Below, piece after piece: positions 8,179-18,104 of a stretch of DNA of 64,000 nucleotides. A program made the position numbers and the translations under genes. The notes beneath the pieces were generated by a model. That model was given only the letters and a program-made list of their open reading frames with translations. It was not told the DNA's origin and did no database searches. This DNA is from Kiritimatiellia bacterium (GTDB lineage: Bacteria > Verrucomicrobiota > Kiritimatiellia > JAAZAB01): contig JAXGPF010000003.1 in assembly GCA_040767085.1 (NCBI GenBank), positions 320,001-384,000 on the forward strand, given 5' to 3'. Position 1 is the stretch's first letter. Each line of letters opens with the position of its first letter.

Positions 8179-11100
8179 TTATATGATACCGCCCTCCATT
8201 GTTCCGCTAAATTTTTCTTTGCGTTCCTTGCGTTCTTTTGCGGTGATATTTTGGTTTTCATCCGAAAAAACAGAAAACTCGAAAACCTCGCCGAACCGGC
8301 CGCGGCCTTCCGCTTCCAGGCACAGTTTTAATTTCAAGTGCTTTTCGATCTTGCCCAGCGGCACCGGCCCGATTTCAACGTCGTCAAACCGCGCGACATC
8401 GCGCGGGACCGGCCAGCGGATTGCCAGGTCCGATCCCGGCAACGCCGCCAGGTAAACGTCGCCTGGCCGGCCGGCTGATCCTGGCGCCAGCCAGCGCGCC
8501 TCCTGGGTATTGCCGACGCCCAGGCGCAAGGACAGCAACGCGCCGCGCGGGACCTTGACGGTCGCGCCAGCCGCCACATCCCAGGTTTGCCCGGCGTCAT
8601 CCGACAAGACCACCCCGTTGAACTCCGCGTTCAGGTATTTCAGCGGGTTATTGCCGTTATACGGCGTGTTGCCGACGGCGACCAGCGGCGTATTGGCCGA
8701 GTCGGTGCCGGTTCCGGCCGTCCGGACTCCCAGGCATTTCCCGGCCTTGGCGGCGGCGGCATAAGCGTCGCGGCCGGCGCCAAAACAGATTCCGGCATAC
8801 CCGCCGGCATGGGCGTCGCGGTCAACCTCAAACCATGTTTCCGGAACGGGCCGGCGCCTTGGCCGGGTGAATGCGGGCACCATTTTCACCATGGATGCGG
8901 CGGCAGGGCGCAATGTGCCGTCGGGCTCCACCAGGCCGAAGTCGCCCAAATCGCGCCCGCGGGGCCCGCCGCTCCACCACCAGGGGGCCAGGCCATTGCA
9001 GCCGCTGGCGACGATCATCTCGTAAAACTGGCGCATCAGGGCATCCTGCTCCAGGAGTTTCTCATGGAAGGGGCGCAAGGCCGACCAGTTCCAGAAAAGC
9101 TGCCGGGCATACTTGTTGCCGATCAGGCTCATGCCGAATTCCATCCAGACAATCGGCTTGCCGTTGCCGGTGAAATCGAGCAGCCGGGAAGTGAAGCAGG
9201 CGGCGTTGAACCCGTCCGCACCCAGGCGGAAGTCGTAGCCTTCCGGCGAGAGAAAGTCCACGTGTTTGCACGCGGCGGTGCAGGAAACGTTGTTCGCGGT
9301 AATGTGTCCCATGCGGTAGGTCAGCAGTTGACGCGGGGCATGGCGGCGGATATCGCGCGCGGCGGCATTCCATTTTTGATTCAGAAAATCATCCATGAAC
9401 CGGCGATAGGCCGCCACCATGATCCGCCAGGGCCCGTCTTCGCGCCAGTGCCCGGCGTCCGGGGCAATCACCGCGCCGCGGGCATCGCGATGGGCGGGGA
9501 CGCCCCAATCGCGCTCGGCGTTTTCAATCGAGCCGTAGCGCTCCGCGACCCAGGCGCGCCAGGGCGCGTCCCAATAGCCGCGGTACTTGTCCAGCAGCGG
9601 GCACCCGCCCAGTTCCCAGATCATATCGTAACAGATGACGGTCGGATCGTCCTGGATGCCGGTAGCCTCGAAAAATTGCCGCACCGCTTCCGGGCTGTAA
9701 TAAAGCGGCGACATGCCCTCCGGCCAGCCCAGTCCTACCCGGATTTTATGCCAGCGGCAGCGCTCCAGGAAATCCAGCAGGTGCGGAATGGAATGATCGA
9801 AGACATTGCCGTCCAGGCGCGTGATGATAAAATTGATGCCGCATTGCTCCATCAATTCCAGGTCGCGATCCACTTCCACCTGGTCGTAATATTTGTCGGT
9901 CAGCCAGCCGTACCAGTTTTCAACCTCCTCGACGCCGGCAAAGAACAGCGGCCAGTAATTCATGCCGACCGGGTACCAGGGCCGGCCCTTGAGCATAAAG
10001 TTGCCGCCTTCAACCCGGACAAACTCCTCCGCCGCCGGCCGCCGCGGCGCCAGCAGCATGGTTTCGTGTTCGATCGCATCCACCGGCGCGCCTTCATAAC
10101 AAAGGGTGACTTTCACCCGGTAGGCCACCCCCGGCCGCAAATCCGCCGGGCAGGGACAGCGGCAATCGGAGATGTTGCGGGGGCCGGCCAGCAAGGCCGC
10201 CTCCTGCTCCAGCGCCGGCGCGCCGGGGGCGGAGAGCGTAAAGCGCAGTTTGACCGGCAGATAATCCTGCCGCGTGTTGAGCACCCGGGCGCCGAACGCC
10301 GGCGTTTCGCCCGCGCGGTAAACGAAGGCGTCGCAGCCGCCCTCAAAAAGGAAGAGGCCGCGCAGCAGATGGTCGAGCATGGCGGCAAGCAAAGCCTCAA
10401 ATCCCGGGATGTCCAGCGGTTGCGGGTGGGTGAAACCGATCCCGGCCGCGGCAGAGCCGGTGATGGCGGCCCCGACGGAGTTGGGCCGCGTGCCGCCCAG
10501 GCTGAACGGGAAATTAAAAGTATCGTTCAACATGAAGAATGCGGCCGCGCCGCGCCGGCCGCCGGCGCGGCCGCCCTCCCCCAGGCACTGCAATACCGGC
10601 GCATACCGGGTTTTACGGCGCTGCCCATAGCCCTGGCCATGCGGACGGGGCGCCGGACAGATCACGTCCAGCGGCAGACCGGAACCAACCGCGCCGTTGA
10701 AGACGAACTGGCCCGGCTCGGCCATGAACCGGGTTTGCCCTGGCAGCGCATAGACCTTGTAAGTGGGCGCAAAGCCCTCAAGCAAAACCGGCGGCATCGC
10801 GCCGCTGAAAGTAGCGTCGAGGCAGTTCCGGCCGTAATCGCATTCCCGGTATTGGCCGTCAACCAGCTTCACCAGGCTGTTGAACAGCGGCCCGCCCAGG
10901 ACCAGCAACTGCCCGCCGCGCTCGGCATAGGCCTGCAAATCCGCGGCCGCATCCGCCGGAAAAGACACGGCCTGGGTGATGATCAGGACCGCGCATTCAA
11001 TGCCGCCCTGTATTTTCCTGGTCGCGGCGCTGAATTCGGCGACGGTGAGGCGTTGGACATTATACCCCATTTCCGCCAGGCGGCCGGCCAGCCGTTCCGC

Positions 11101-11187
11101 CGCTGCCGGGTCGCACCGCGGCAGCTTATCCACGATGATCCCGACCCGGTCTTCCGCCAGGTGTTGGGCATGATTCATTTGTGTCAT
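8179..11187 (-). CDS. Large putative glycoside hydrolase (clan GH-A-like TIM barrel)
   Basis: FMLKGRPWYPVGMNYWP, DRDLELMEQCGIN, YDMIWE, DFLSPEGY, KPIVWMEFG, DFGLVEPDG. Confidence 0.7.
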   Translation of the reverse strand: MTQMNHAQHLAEDRVGIIVDKLPRCDPAAAERLAGRLAEMGYNVQRLTVAEFSAATRKIQGGIECAVLIITQAVSFPADAAADLQAYAERGGQLLVLGGPLFNSLVKLVDGQYRECDYGRNCLDATFSGAMPPVLLEGFAPTYKVYALPGQTRFMAEPGQFVFNGAVGSGLPLDVICPAPRPHGQGYGQRRKTRYAPVLQCLGEGGRAGGRRGAAAFFMLNDTFNFPFSLGGTRPNSVGAAITGSAAAGIGFTHPQPLDIPGFEALLAAMLDHLLRGLFLFEGGCDAFVYRAGETPAFGARVLNTRQDYLPVKLRFTLSAPGAPALEQEAALLAGPRNISDCRCPCPADLRPGVAYRVKVTLCYEGAPVDAIEHETMLLAPRRPAAEEFVRVEGGNFMLKGRPWYPVGMNYWPLFFAGVEEVENWYGWLTDKYYDQVEVDRDLELMEQCGINFIITRLDGNVFDHSIPHLLDFLERCRWHKIRVGLGWPEGMSPLYYSPEAVRQFFEATGIQDDPTVICYDMIWELGGCPLLDKYRGYWDAPWRAWVAERYGSIENAERDWGVPAHRDARGAVIAPDAGHWREDGPWRIMVAAYRRFMDDFLNQKWNAAARDIRRHAPRQLLTYRMGHITANNVSCTAACKHVDFLSPEGYDFRLGADGFNAACFTSRLLDFTGNGKPIVWMEFGMSLIGNKYARQLFWNWSALRPFHEKLLEQDALMRQFYEMIVASGCNGLAPWWWSGGPRGRDLGDFGLVEPDGTLRPAAASMVKMVPAFTRPRRRPVPETWFEVDRDAHAGGYAGICFGAGRDAYAAAAKAGKCLGVRTAGTGTDSANTPLVAVGNTPYNGNNPLKYLNAEFNGVVLSDDAGQTWDVAAGATVKVPRGALLSLRLGVGNTQEARWLAPGSAGRPGDVYLAALPGSDLAIRWPVPRDVARFDDVEIGPVPLGKIEKHLKLKLCLEAEGRGRFGEVFEFSVFSDENQNITAKERKERKEKFSGTMEGGII
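8216..8246. repeat. 9-bp-period repeat module (CTTTGCGTT)n-GCGGT
   Basis: TCTTTGCGTTCCTTGCGTTCTTTTGCGGTGA; same family as 15450-15471 and 17681-17948. Confidence 0.6.
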
Positions 11188-12104
11188 TATGTTTTCCTCT
11201 CCAGAATAAAATCCGCGGCAACCGCCGCTCCCAGGAGCGCGGCCGATTCAGGGTCATCCGCACAAACGATTTGAGCGGCGGATAGCCGTTGGCCTGTCCG
11301 CCCCAGCAGCGTCCCGCTGAACAAATCGAGCGCCCGGGCAACCTGCCCGCCCAGCGCTAAATGCGCCGGCTGAAAATCTTGGAGCAATGGCGCCAGCGCC
11401 TCGCCCAGGATATCGCCCAGCATAAAAAACACCCTGCGGGCAGCCGCGTCGCCCTGGCGCGCCAACTCCGCGATTTCCCGGACGGACGGGCCCGGCAGTC
11501 CGGCGCCGCCGGCATGTTTGCGATATAAATCCACCAGCGCCGGCGCGCCGATGTAGTTTTCCACCTTGCCGGCGCGATATGGCAGCCGCCCCAAGCCCCG
11601 GTCGGGAACACCGCGGCCGGGCGGGATGATCAGCCCGCTTTCCATGAAGGCCGAGCCGATGCCCGTGCCCAGCGTCACCGCCATGACGCGTCCGGCATGC
11701 AGCGCCGGATTAAGCGCCGCCAGCCCCAGCAGGAACGCCTGCGCGTCATGCACAAAGGTTATATCCGCCGGCGCGCCGGCCGGCCAGGCGCGTAGAAATT
11801 CATGCTGCAGGTTGACATTGTAAATTGACCGATACTTGTCTTCCTGCATCAAGCTGACGCCCCGCGCGTAATCCAACGGCCCGCACATCGCCACGCAAAT
11901 CCGGCGGACGACACAATCATGCTCACGCGCCAGATCCAACCCGCGGTTTATCACGCCGCAAAAAGACGCAATGATTTCCCGCGCTGCGCCCCGGGAATTC
12001 ACCGGCGCGGTTGGCAGTCCGGCCATATTCCGCATTGTCGGATCAATCAATGCGGCTTTGACGCAAGTTCCGCCGATATCCATGGCAAGGCAAACGGGCC
12101 GCAT
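11187..12104 (-). CDS. ROK-family sugar kinase
   Basis: LAMDIGGT, VHDA, VTLGTGIGSAF, LGGQVA. Confidence 0.9.
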   Translation of the reverse strand: MRPVCLAMDIGGTCVKAALIDPTMRNMAGLPTAPVNSRGAAREIIASFCGVINRGLDLAREHDCVVRRICVAMCGPLDYARGVSLMQEDKYRSIYNVNLQHEFLRAWPAGAPADITFVHDAQAFLLGLAALNPALHAGRVMAVTLGTGIGSAFMESGLIIPPGRGVPDRGLGRLPYRAGKVENYIGAPALVDLYRKHAGGAGLPGPSVREIAELARQGDAAARRVFFMLGDILGEALAPLLQDFQPAHLALGGQVARALDLFSGTLLGRTGQRLSAAQIVCADDPESAALLGAAVAADFILERKT

Positions 12105-12180
12105 ATGATCATACTCTTAAGACGGCGCCGGCAGCGCCGCAGATTTGACAATTCATTGGGTTTGATTTTGCCCGAAGCGG

Positions 12181-13068
12181 CTATTTTTCCTGAAGCGCCG
12201 GATTCCGGGCCATGGTTTTGCCCAGCATGGCATGCGTGCGCAATATTTTTTCGCCGGCGCGATCCATGGCGCGCATGGTCATGCAAACAATCAGAAAATC
12301 CAGGATCAGCAATTGGGCGATCCGGGACGTCATGGCGCCCAGCCGGAATATTTTTTCATCGGAAGCCGTCAGGAGGCAGACATCCGACATTTGCCCCAGG
12401 CGCGCATGCGGGAAATTGGTCACGCTGATGACCGGCGTTTTTTTCGCGCGCGCCAGCGCGGCCAGGTCGCATACCATCCGGCTTTCGCCGCTGAACGACA
12501 CCGCCAGCACGGCATCCCGCGGCTCGATCAAACCGCAGAATATCCGGGCGAAATCGGCGTCCGGATGATAAATCGCGTTGTATCCCAGGCGCAACAGCTT
12601 GGCGTGGATATCCATGGCCACCATGCCGGAGGCGCCCGCGCCGAGCAAAAATATCCGTCGCGCGCGGGTGAGCAGCCGGACCGCCTGGTTGATGTTGCTT
12701 TCGTCAAGCAGGCTCAGTGTATCGTGCATCACCCGGCTGTTGTGTTCCAGAAAGTCGCGCCGGACTCTGGCAAACGAATCCGGCGGCGAACTTGATTCCG
12801 CCAGGGCCACAGACACCGGCATGAATTCCGACGCCAGGGCCGCCTTCAACTCCGAGAAACCCGCAAAGCCTATTTTCTGGCAGAAGCGGATGATCAAGGA
12901 ATCGTCGCAGCCACAATCCCGGGCGATTTCCCGCGCCTTGTGCCGGACAATGCGATCGGGGGCCGCCAGGATATAATCCGCGATCCTGCGGTACTTGCCG
13001 GTCAACCCGGGATACCGATGCTTGATTTTCAGCAGGGTTTTGGGTGTGATGATCATACCAGCCGGCAT
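12181..13068 (-). CDS. MurR/RpiR-family transcriptional regulator
   Basis: HTH IIRFCQKIGFAGFSELK plus SIS domain (GAGAS, SFSGES, TSRIAQL). Confidence 0.93.
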   Translation of the reverse strand: MPAGMIITPKTLLKIKHRYPGLTGKYRRIADYILAAPDRIVRHKAREIARDCGCDDSLIIRFCQKIGFAGFSELKAALASEFMPVSVALAESSSPPDSFARVRRDFLEHNSRVMHDTLSLLDESNINQAVRLLTRARRIFLLGAGASGMVAMDIHAKLLRLGYNAIYHPDADFARIFCGLIEPRDAVLAVSFSGESRMVCDLAALARAKKTPVISVTNFPHARLGQMSDVCLLTASDEKIFRLGAMTSRIAQLLILDFLIVCMTMRAMDRAGEKILRTHAMLGKTMARNPALQEK

Positions 13069-13092
13069 TCATTAATATTGCATGTATTAATA

Positions 13093-13121
13093 TTTATATT
13101 CAATTACGCTGAATATGTCAA
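13093..13121 (-). promoter_or_regulatory. Sigma70-type promoter for the rpiR-ROK-GH-manA cluster
   Basis: Minus strand TTGACA-17 nt-TATAAA, 25 bp upstream of the start codon. Confidence 0.7.
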
Positions 13122-13230
13122 CACGAATCCCCCGCCACACGAATCCGTCCGGCGGGATGGCCTTTGACGGGGTGATCCGGCAGGATGGTCCGTGCCGGTA
13201 AGACAGGGCTGGCTGGTTCGGCTTCAGCGG

Positions 13231-14313
13231 TTATGATGCCGCTACGGCATAGCGGCCGGGATTTTCGCGGGCATGGCGGTCCAGTCCGTCCATGATCGCC
13301 CGGCAACTATCCCGCCAGCGGTCTTCGGGAATATCCTCGGTGATGCCCATGATGATGCCGCGCGGATCGGGAACCTGCTCCATCAGATCATAAGCAGTCC
13401 GCTCGACTTCGGCGTCCGGGCGTAGATGCACGGACGATGGAAAATTCATCCAGATGACCTTGTCCGGCCAGGCCGCGCGGGCCGCGCCCAATGTCATGTC
13501 GGTGTCCGGCGCGGGGGTAAAGGCCTCGATATAATCCAGGTCGGTTTCGGCAATGACCTGCCTTAACAGCCCGCAATTGGCGTCATAATGGCAGCCGATC
13601 AGCTTGCCGTGCTGGTGCATGATTTCAGCAGCTTCATGGTAATGCGGTGTGTAATATTTCCGGAAATCTTCCGGCCCGATGATTTCCGGCACCACATTGC
13701 CGCCGTAATTGGCGTGCAGGCAGGGCGAAGCGGCAATCAGGGGATAAATTTTGCGGCGTTGTTCAACGACCGCGTCATACAGCGCAAGGATTTCGTCGCG
13801 CCGGTCCATCCACTCGATGCAGAAGGTCGCCATGTCAATATACTGCCCCGAAATCAGGGTTTGCAGCGGCTCCAGGCCGAAACTGGTGCGGAAAATGACA
13901 TCGTTGCCGGCTCTTTCCCGCGCCTGCACAAACGCATCATAACAAGGCGCGTATTGCTCGTCTTCGATCAGGAATTTTATCACCTTGTAATCATCGGGCG
14001 ATTTAAACAGGCGTTCATGAACCCAGGAGGTAAATCCGGCCGGCTCCCGCAGGGCGGAAACTGTTCCTACCGGCGTTTCATACCAGCGGCGGATGAGATT
14101 TTTCCCGTTTTCAACAAAATGTTCTTCCCGGATTTTTACATGGGGTTGACATGTCCGCACCACCGGGACGGCCCTGTTCACGATGCACAAGCCCCGGTTG
14201 CGCATTGCGCGCTCAGCCTCGCATTGTGGAATTTTGGCGCTGTAAATGGTGAACGGAACCTTGTCGGCGCATCCGCCCCGCAGGGCAATTTCCACTCGTT
14301 CGCGCGGTGTCAT
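13231..14313 (-). CDS. URO-D / MtaA-like protein
   Basis: MTPRERV...DKVP start, YETPVGTVS, IGCHYDA, IEAFTPAP; start moved to 14313. Confidence 0.8.
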   Translation of the reverse strand: MTPRERVEIALRGGCADKVPFTIYSAKIPQCEAERAMRNRGLCIVNRAVPVVRTCQPHVKIREEHFVENGKNLIRRWYETPVGTVSALREPAGFTSWVHERLFKSPDDYKVIKFLIEDEQYAPCYDAFVQARERAGNDVIFRTSFGLEPLQTLISGQYIDMATFCIEWMDRRDEILALYDAVVEQRRKIYPLIAASPCLHANYGGNVVPEIIGPEDFRKYYTPHYHEAAEIMHQHGKLIGCHYDANCGLLRQVIAETDLDYIEAFTPAPDTDMTLGAARAAWPDKVIWMNFPSSVHLRPDAEVERTAYDLMEQVPDPRGIIMGITEDIPEDRWRDSCRAIMDGLDRHARENPGRYAVAAS

Positions 14314-14410
14314 GAATAATCTCTCCCCTATCAACCGAACAATATTGCTTGACAACCGGCAATCTATATTTTCATATATGTATTGTAAATGGAGTTTATT
14401 GCTGACCGAT

Positions 14411-15253
14411 ATGGAATATATTGCCGGCGGCGAAAAAAGTTTGCAGGTGGTTTTCCATCGTTCGGAGATTTCCGCGCGGATGGGCGTCGAGCTGCTTACC
14501 GGCGGAATATTATTCGCCAGGGAGTTTTATCACTGCCGGCCGCGAGTCCGGAACGATTTTCTCATCCTGCTGACCTTGCACGGCGCAGCGTGGGTGCGCG
14601 AAGGCGCCCGACGCCGTAATCTGCAGGCGGGGGACTGGTTCGTGTTGCGGCCGGGGATCGAGCATGAATATGACTGCGTTTCGCCATGGTCGTTCGCCTA
14701 CGCGCATGCGAATGGCGCGCTCCTGCGCCGCCTGGTGGAGCAACTGGCGTTTTTCCGGAACGAAAACCTCGGGTTCCGCCAGCGGTCGCACCATGGCAAG
14801 ATGCTGCTGGTTGAGCTGGTCAAAAGAGGCGCCGCCGCCACCTCCGGCGCCGAGGCCGCCTGCAATGCCCTGCTGATCCAGCTCCTGGTAATCTTGCAGG
14901 AAGACCGCCTGGATGAAAAGCGGCGCTCGGATAACCTGGCGCTCGCCCGCAAATTCATGGAAGAGCATTGCGGCGAACCGCTTCGCCTGGCGGATATAGC
15001 CGCCGCGGCGGGCATGTCGCCTTACCATTTTTGCAGGATGTTTAACGCCGCCGCCGGACTGCCGCCCTTGCGTTACCTTCAGAAATACCGGATCGAGCAG
15101 GCCGGCCGCATACTGCAAACGCCTGGCGCGTCCATCGGTGACGCGGCCGAATCCGCGGGATTCGCCGACCGCCTGTATTTTTCCAAAGTCTTCCGCAAGT
15201 GGACAGGCATGACGCCATCCGAATACCGCGCGCTGGTCCAACACCAGGATTGA
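14411..15253 (+). CDS. AraC-family transcriptional regulator
   Basis: Cupin sensor plus LADIAAAAGMSPYHFCRMF...GFADRLYFSKVFRKWTGMTPSEYR; ATG at 14411, TTGACA at 14349. Confidence 0.92.
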   Translation: MEYIAGGEKSLQVVFHRSEISARMGVELLTGGILFAREFYHCRPRVRNDFLILLTLHGAAWVREGARRRNLQAGDWFVLRPGIEHEYDCVSPWSFAYAHANGALLRRLVEQLAFFRNENLGFRQRSHHGKMLLVELVKRGAAATSGAEAACNALLIQLLVILQEDRLDEKRRSDNLALARKFMEEHCGEPLRLADIAAAAGMSPYHFCRMFNAAAGLPPLRYLQKYRIEQAGRILQTPGASIGDAAESAGFADRLYFSKVFRKWTGMTPSEYRALVQHQD

Positions 15254-15522
15254 CCCGGTCAGTCATCGAATCCCAATCAGGGCGCCGGCGAGAACGTGCT
15301 CGCAACATCCCATGTCCGGCTCGCTATTGTCAACTGTGCGGCAGCCGTGAGGCACGACGGCCATGCAACAGCCGACGGCGGCAGCATCGAAAAAGACGGG
15401 GCAGCACGGAGACTGCGCGCTGTTATTTGCCATCAAGCCGGCAATGCTCTTCTTCGTGCTTTTCGTGATTTATATTTACCCGGAATCGGAACTGAATATG
15501 GCAAACGAAACCGGCGGCATGA

Positions 15523-15732
15523 TTACCCCGGCGGTATGGGCGGATTACCGCTCATAAACGCCTTCTCCGAGTATGCGCTCGACTCCGCCCCGCCATATTT
15601 GAATTCGGCGCAAGTATCCCGTTCTGGCGGATTCAAGGCAATGACAAATGATTCTTCATCAAACGCGCGTTTGTAAACAAACGGATAACCGCCTTGTTCG
15701 CGATGCAATATTTCCAAGGCCCCTTGCGGCAT
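15523..15732 (-). pseudogene. Remnant resembling the C-terminal beta-domain of a GH13 alpha-amylase-family enzyme
   Basis: LEILHREQGGYPFVYKR...FVIALNP with no catalytic domain upstream. Confidence 0.4.
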
Positions 15733-15765
15733 AATCCATTTGCTGTCGTGACGGTGAAAATATAT

Positions 15766-17658
15766 TTATGGCGCGAATTCCTCCATAACCACATCAATCA
15801 ACTCCGGATGTTCCCTGAAGGTTTCGAAAAACGCCAGCATGATGTCCTGCGCCCCCGCCGACCCGGCAATTCTGATTTCCCGGCGCAGCCGTTCCGGGGT
15901 TTTCAGCCTGTCGCCGCCGTAAACGCCGACAAACGGAACAAACCGGTTGAAGTCATGGTGCTGGCCCGACTCGGCCTGGTAAGCTTCGCATAAATCCAGG
16001 ATTTTGCCGTAGGACCAGAACGGCTTGTAAAACCAGGCTACCGTCTGCCCGCAGTAATCCACGTGCAATTTCGCCGGATACAGCGGGTTCAAATCGAAGT
16101 CCGGATAGATGTGGATGGCCAGTTTCAGGTTTGGTTTGATTTTCAACAACAATTCCCGGACTTGCCGGGTCCAATTCACCAGCCGGGCTTCGGAATATCT
16201 GGCCAGCACTTCCCTGGCATCCATTTCCGGGTGGTCTGCGGCGAATGCCAGGCGTTGCGTGCGCGAGTAATCGCAGAAACAGGCGTAATAATTCCGGTAC
16301 CCCAGGTAATCCAGCCCGATGCCGTCCAAGTCGTATTTCGAGAACAATTCGGTCAAACACTTTGCTTCTTCCGGGTCCAACCCGCGGTCGGGGCACAGCC
16401 AATCGCCGGAATGGGCATTGGCGCGATCGGGCGTAACGCGCGGCATTTTGATGGATTGTTCTTCCCAGGGCTGGATTTGCTGCGCCAGTTCGGGATGGTT
16501 TTTGATATATTGCATGTTGAGCGTCCGCAGGTTGATCGTCCAGGCATAAACCTGGATATTCTTCGCCCGGGCGGCGCGGATCAGTTCGCCCAACGGATCG
16601 ATGGTTACGCCTTTGGGTTTGGGATAATATTCGCTGTCGTAACAGACCGTCCCGCCCCCGGCGGCAGCGGACGCGATGACGGCGTTGACATGCATTTTCT
16701 CCAGCGTGCTCACCAGGTTGCTGATAGATTCCAGCGTCCGCATGTCTTTATGACGCGCCCACATGGCGCGCCAGGCAAATTCCGCTTTCGGCAGTTGCGC
16801 GGTTTTTGCCGTTTGCGCGAATGCCCGTTCGGCATGGAAAAGCAGCCCGCCCCACTTGTCCGGATTATGGCAATCGCGGACGCCGATCACCGGCCAGGTC
16901 CAGTAACTGGCTTCGCCGCCGCGGGCCGCATAACGGCGCCCGAGATGGGCCAGCCACCGGTCGCCGGACCGCGGCGGATAATTTGTTCCCTCCGCCAGGT
17001 GGGCCAGCGCGGCGAAGGGGATGGCGATTTCCGCTTGCCAGCCTTCATCAATGTCGTACGGATCATTCAAGGTGCCCCGCACGACAACGGCCTGCTGCAT
17101 GCCGTCGCAATTCCATTCCGGGACATCCGGCGGGTCAAAGTGGACGGCGCCGATGCGCTCGCTGACTTCCCTGCGCCATGGCGACTTATGCCATTTATCG
17201 CAGATTTTACCCAACGGATTGATGTGGGTTTCCGTGTAGCGCTGACCGATGCAATCCGGCGCGAGATAAATCTTGAAAAAACTTTCCGTGTACGCCTGCT
17301 TGCGCCGGGCGGGAGTTTGCCAACCTTCAACTTTCAATCCCATGGGATCGTCCCGGACGATCTTGGCGGCCCAGACATCCGGATCGCCGGCGGCAAGCGC
17401 GAAATATAAATATTGGTCATCCCATAGCAGCCGGGCCTGGACCGGGTACCGCGCCGGGGAGCCGTCGGCGATATCGGCGAAGACCGGCGACGGTTCGGCA
17501 TCCAGCCAGGCCGGATCGTCGAATTGCCCGTCAACGACAATAGGCGAGGATGCTTTGTAAACCGGATATTCCGGCGGAGAATTGTCATTTACAGCATCCG
17601 CCGCCATAGCTGAACTCGCCATGACAAATAAAACGGCACACCTAACCAGTATTTTCAT
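15766..17658 (-). CDS. Secreted CBM9-like + GHL10/DUF187-like putative glycoside hydrolase
   Basis: Signal peptide; PIVVDGQFDDPAW, LLWDDQYLYF, GWQAEIAIPF; then DPLGELIRAARAKNIQVYAW, WLCP, YDLDGIGLDY. Confidence 0.8.
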   Translation of the reverse strand: MKILVRCAVLFVMASSAMAADAVNDNSPPEYPVYKASSPIVVDGQFDDPAWLDAEPSPVFADIADGSPARYPVQARLLWDDQYLYFALAAGDPDVWAAKIVRDDPMGLKVEGWQTPARRKQAYTESFFKIYLAPDCIGQRYTETHINPLGKICDKWHKSPWRREVSERIGAVHFDPPDVPEWNCDGMQQAVVVRGTLNDPYDIDEGWQAEIAIPFAALAHLAEGTNYPPRSGDRWLAHLGRRYAARGGEASYWTWPVIGVRDCHNPDKWGGLLFHAERAFAQTAKTAQLPKAEFAWRAMWARHKDMRTLESISNLVSTLEKMHVNAVIASAAAGGGTVCYDSEYYPKPKGVTIDPLGELIRAARAKNIQVYAWTINLRTLNMQYIKNHPELAQQIQPWEEQSIKMPRVTPDRANAHSGDWLCPDRGLDPEEAKCLTELFSKYDLDGIGLDYLGYRNYYACFCDYSRTQRLAFAADHPEMDAREVLARYSEARLVNWTRQVRELLLKIKPNLKLAIHIYPDFDLNPLYPAKLHVDYCGQTVAWFYKPFWSYGKILDLCEAYQAESGQHHDFNRFVPFVGVYGGDRLKTPERLRREIRIAGSAGAQDIMLAFFETFREHPELIDVVMEEFAP

Positions 17659-17680
17659 AAGATTATTATTGTTCCTTCCC

Positions 17681-17948
17681 CTCTTCGCCCCCTTCGCGTC
17701 CTTCGTGGTTAATCAGAAAAGGGGCAAAGGATCAAAGGCACAAAGGGGCAAAGGGGCAGAGCGGCAGAATCTGGTTCTTTCGCGTTCCTTGTGTTCTTTT
17801 GTGGTTAATTCCTTCCCTTCGTGACCTTCGCGTCCTTCGTGGTTAATCAGAAAAGGGGCAGAGCGGCAGAATCTGGCTCTTTCGCGTTCCTTGTGTTCTT
17901 TTGTGGTTAATTCCTTCCCTTCGTGACCTTCGCGTCCTTGGTGGTTAA
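17681..17948. repeat. Composite intergenic repeat: ~2.4 copies of a 102-bp unit containing five ...GTGGTTAA modules
   Basis: GTGGTTAA at 17705, 17801, 17839, 17903, 17941; period 102 (17761/17863, 17825/17927); first copy has an extra 32 bp of 8-bp AAGGxxCA-like units. Confidence 0.85.
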
Positions 17949-18104
17949 AGATTTCCGCCATTTTTGCCTTTTGCCGCCAATCCCATCTCCACCTTCATCC
18001 AGGGCAACACCGGCTTAAAAAAGCTTCGGCGCCGCCGGCACAAACCCATCCGCCTGCACGTTAATTTCATACTCGAAATCCGTCCGTTCCGGCGGCGCGA
18101 CTGA

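Noticed and set aside
8587-11274. 895-aa plus-strand ORF and similar long ORFs (4522-5919, 6038-7585, 16063-17409, 34276-35931, 59147-61624, 60853-62781)
   Set aside because: These are antisense shadows of well-supported genes in GC-rich DNA and contain no recognisable motifs.
17681-17948. Possible CRISPR array
   Set aside because: Spacing is irregular (96/38/64/38), the intervening sequences are themselves duplicated, and no cas genes are present.
17713-17961. 82-aa ORF with NHEGREGHEG/TTKEHKERER repeats
   Set aside because: It is a translation of the DNA repeat array, with no independent evidence of coding.
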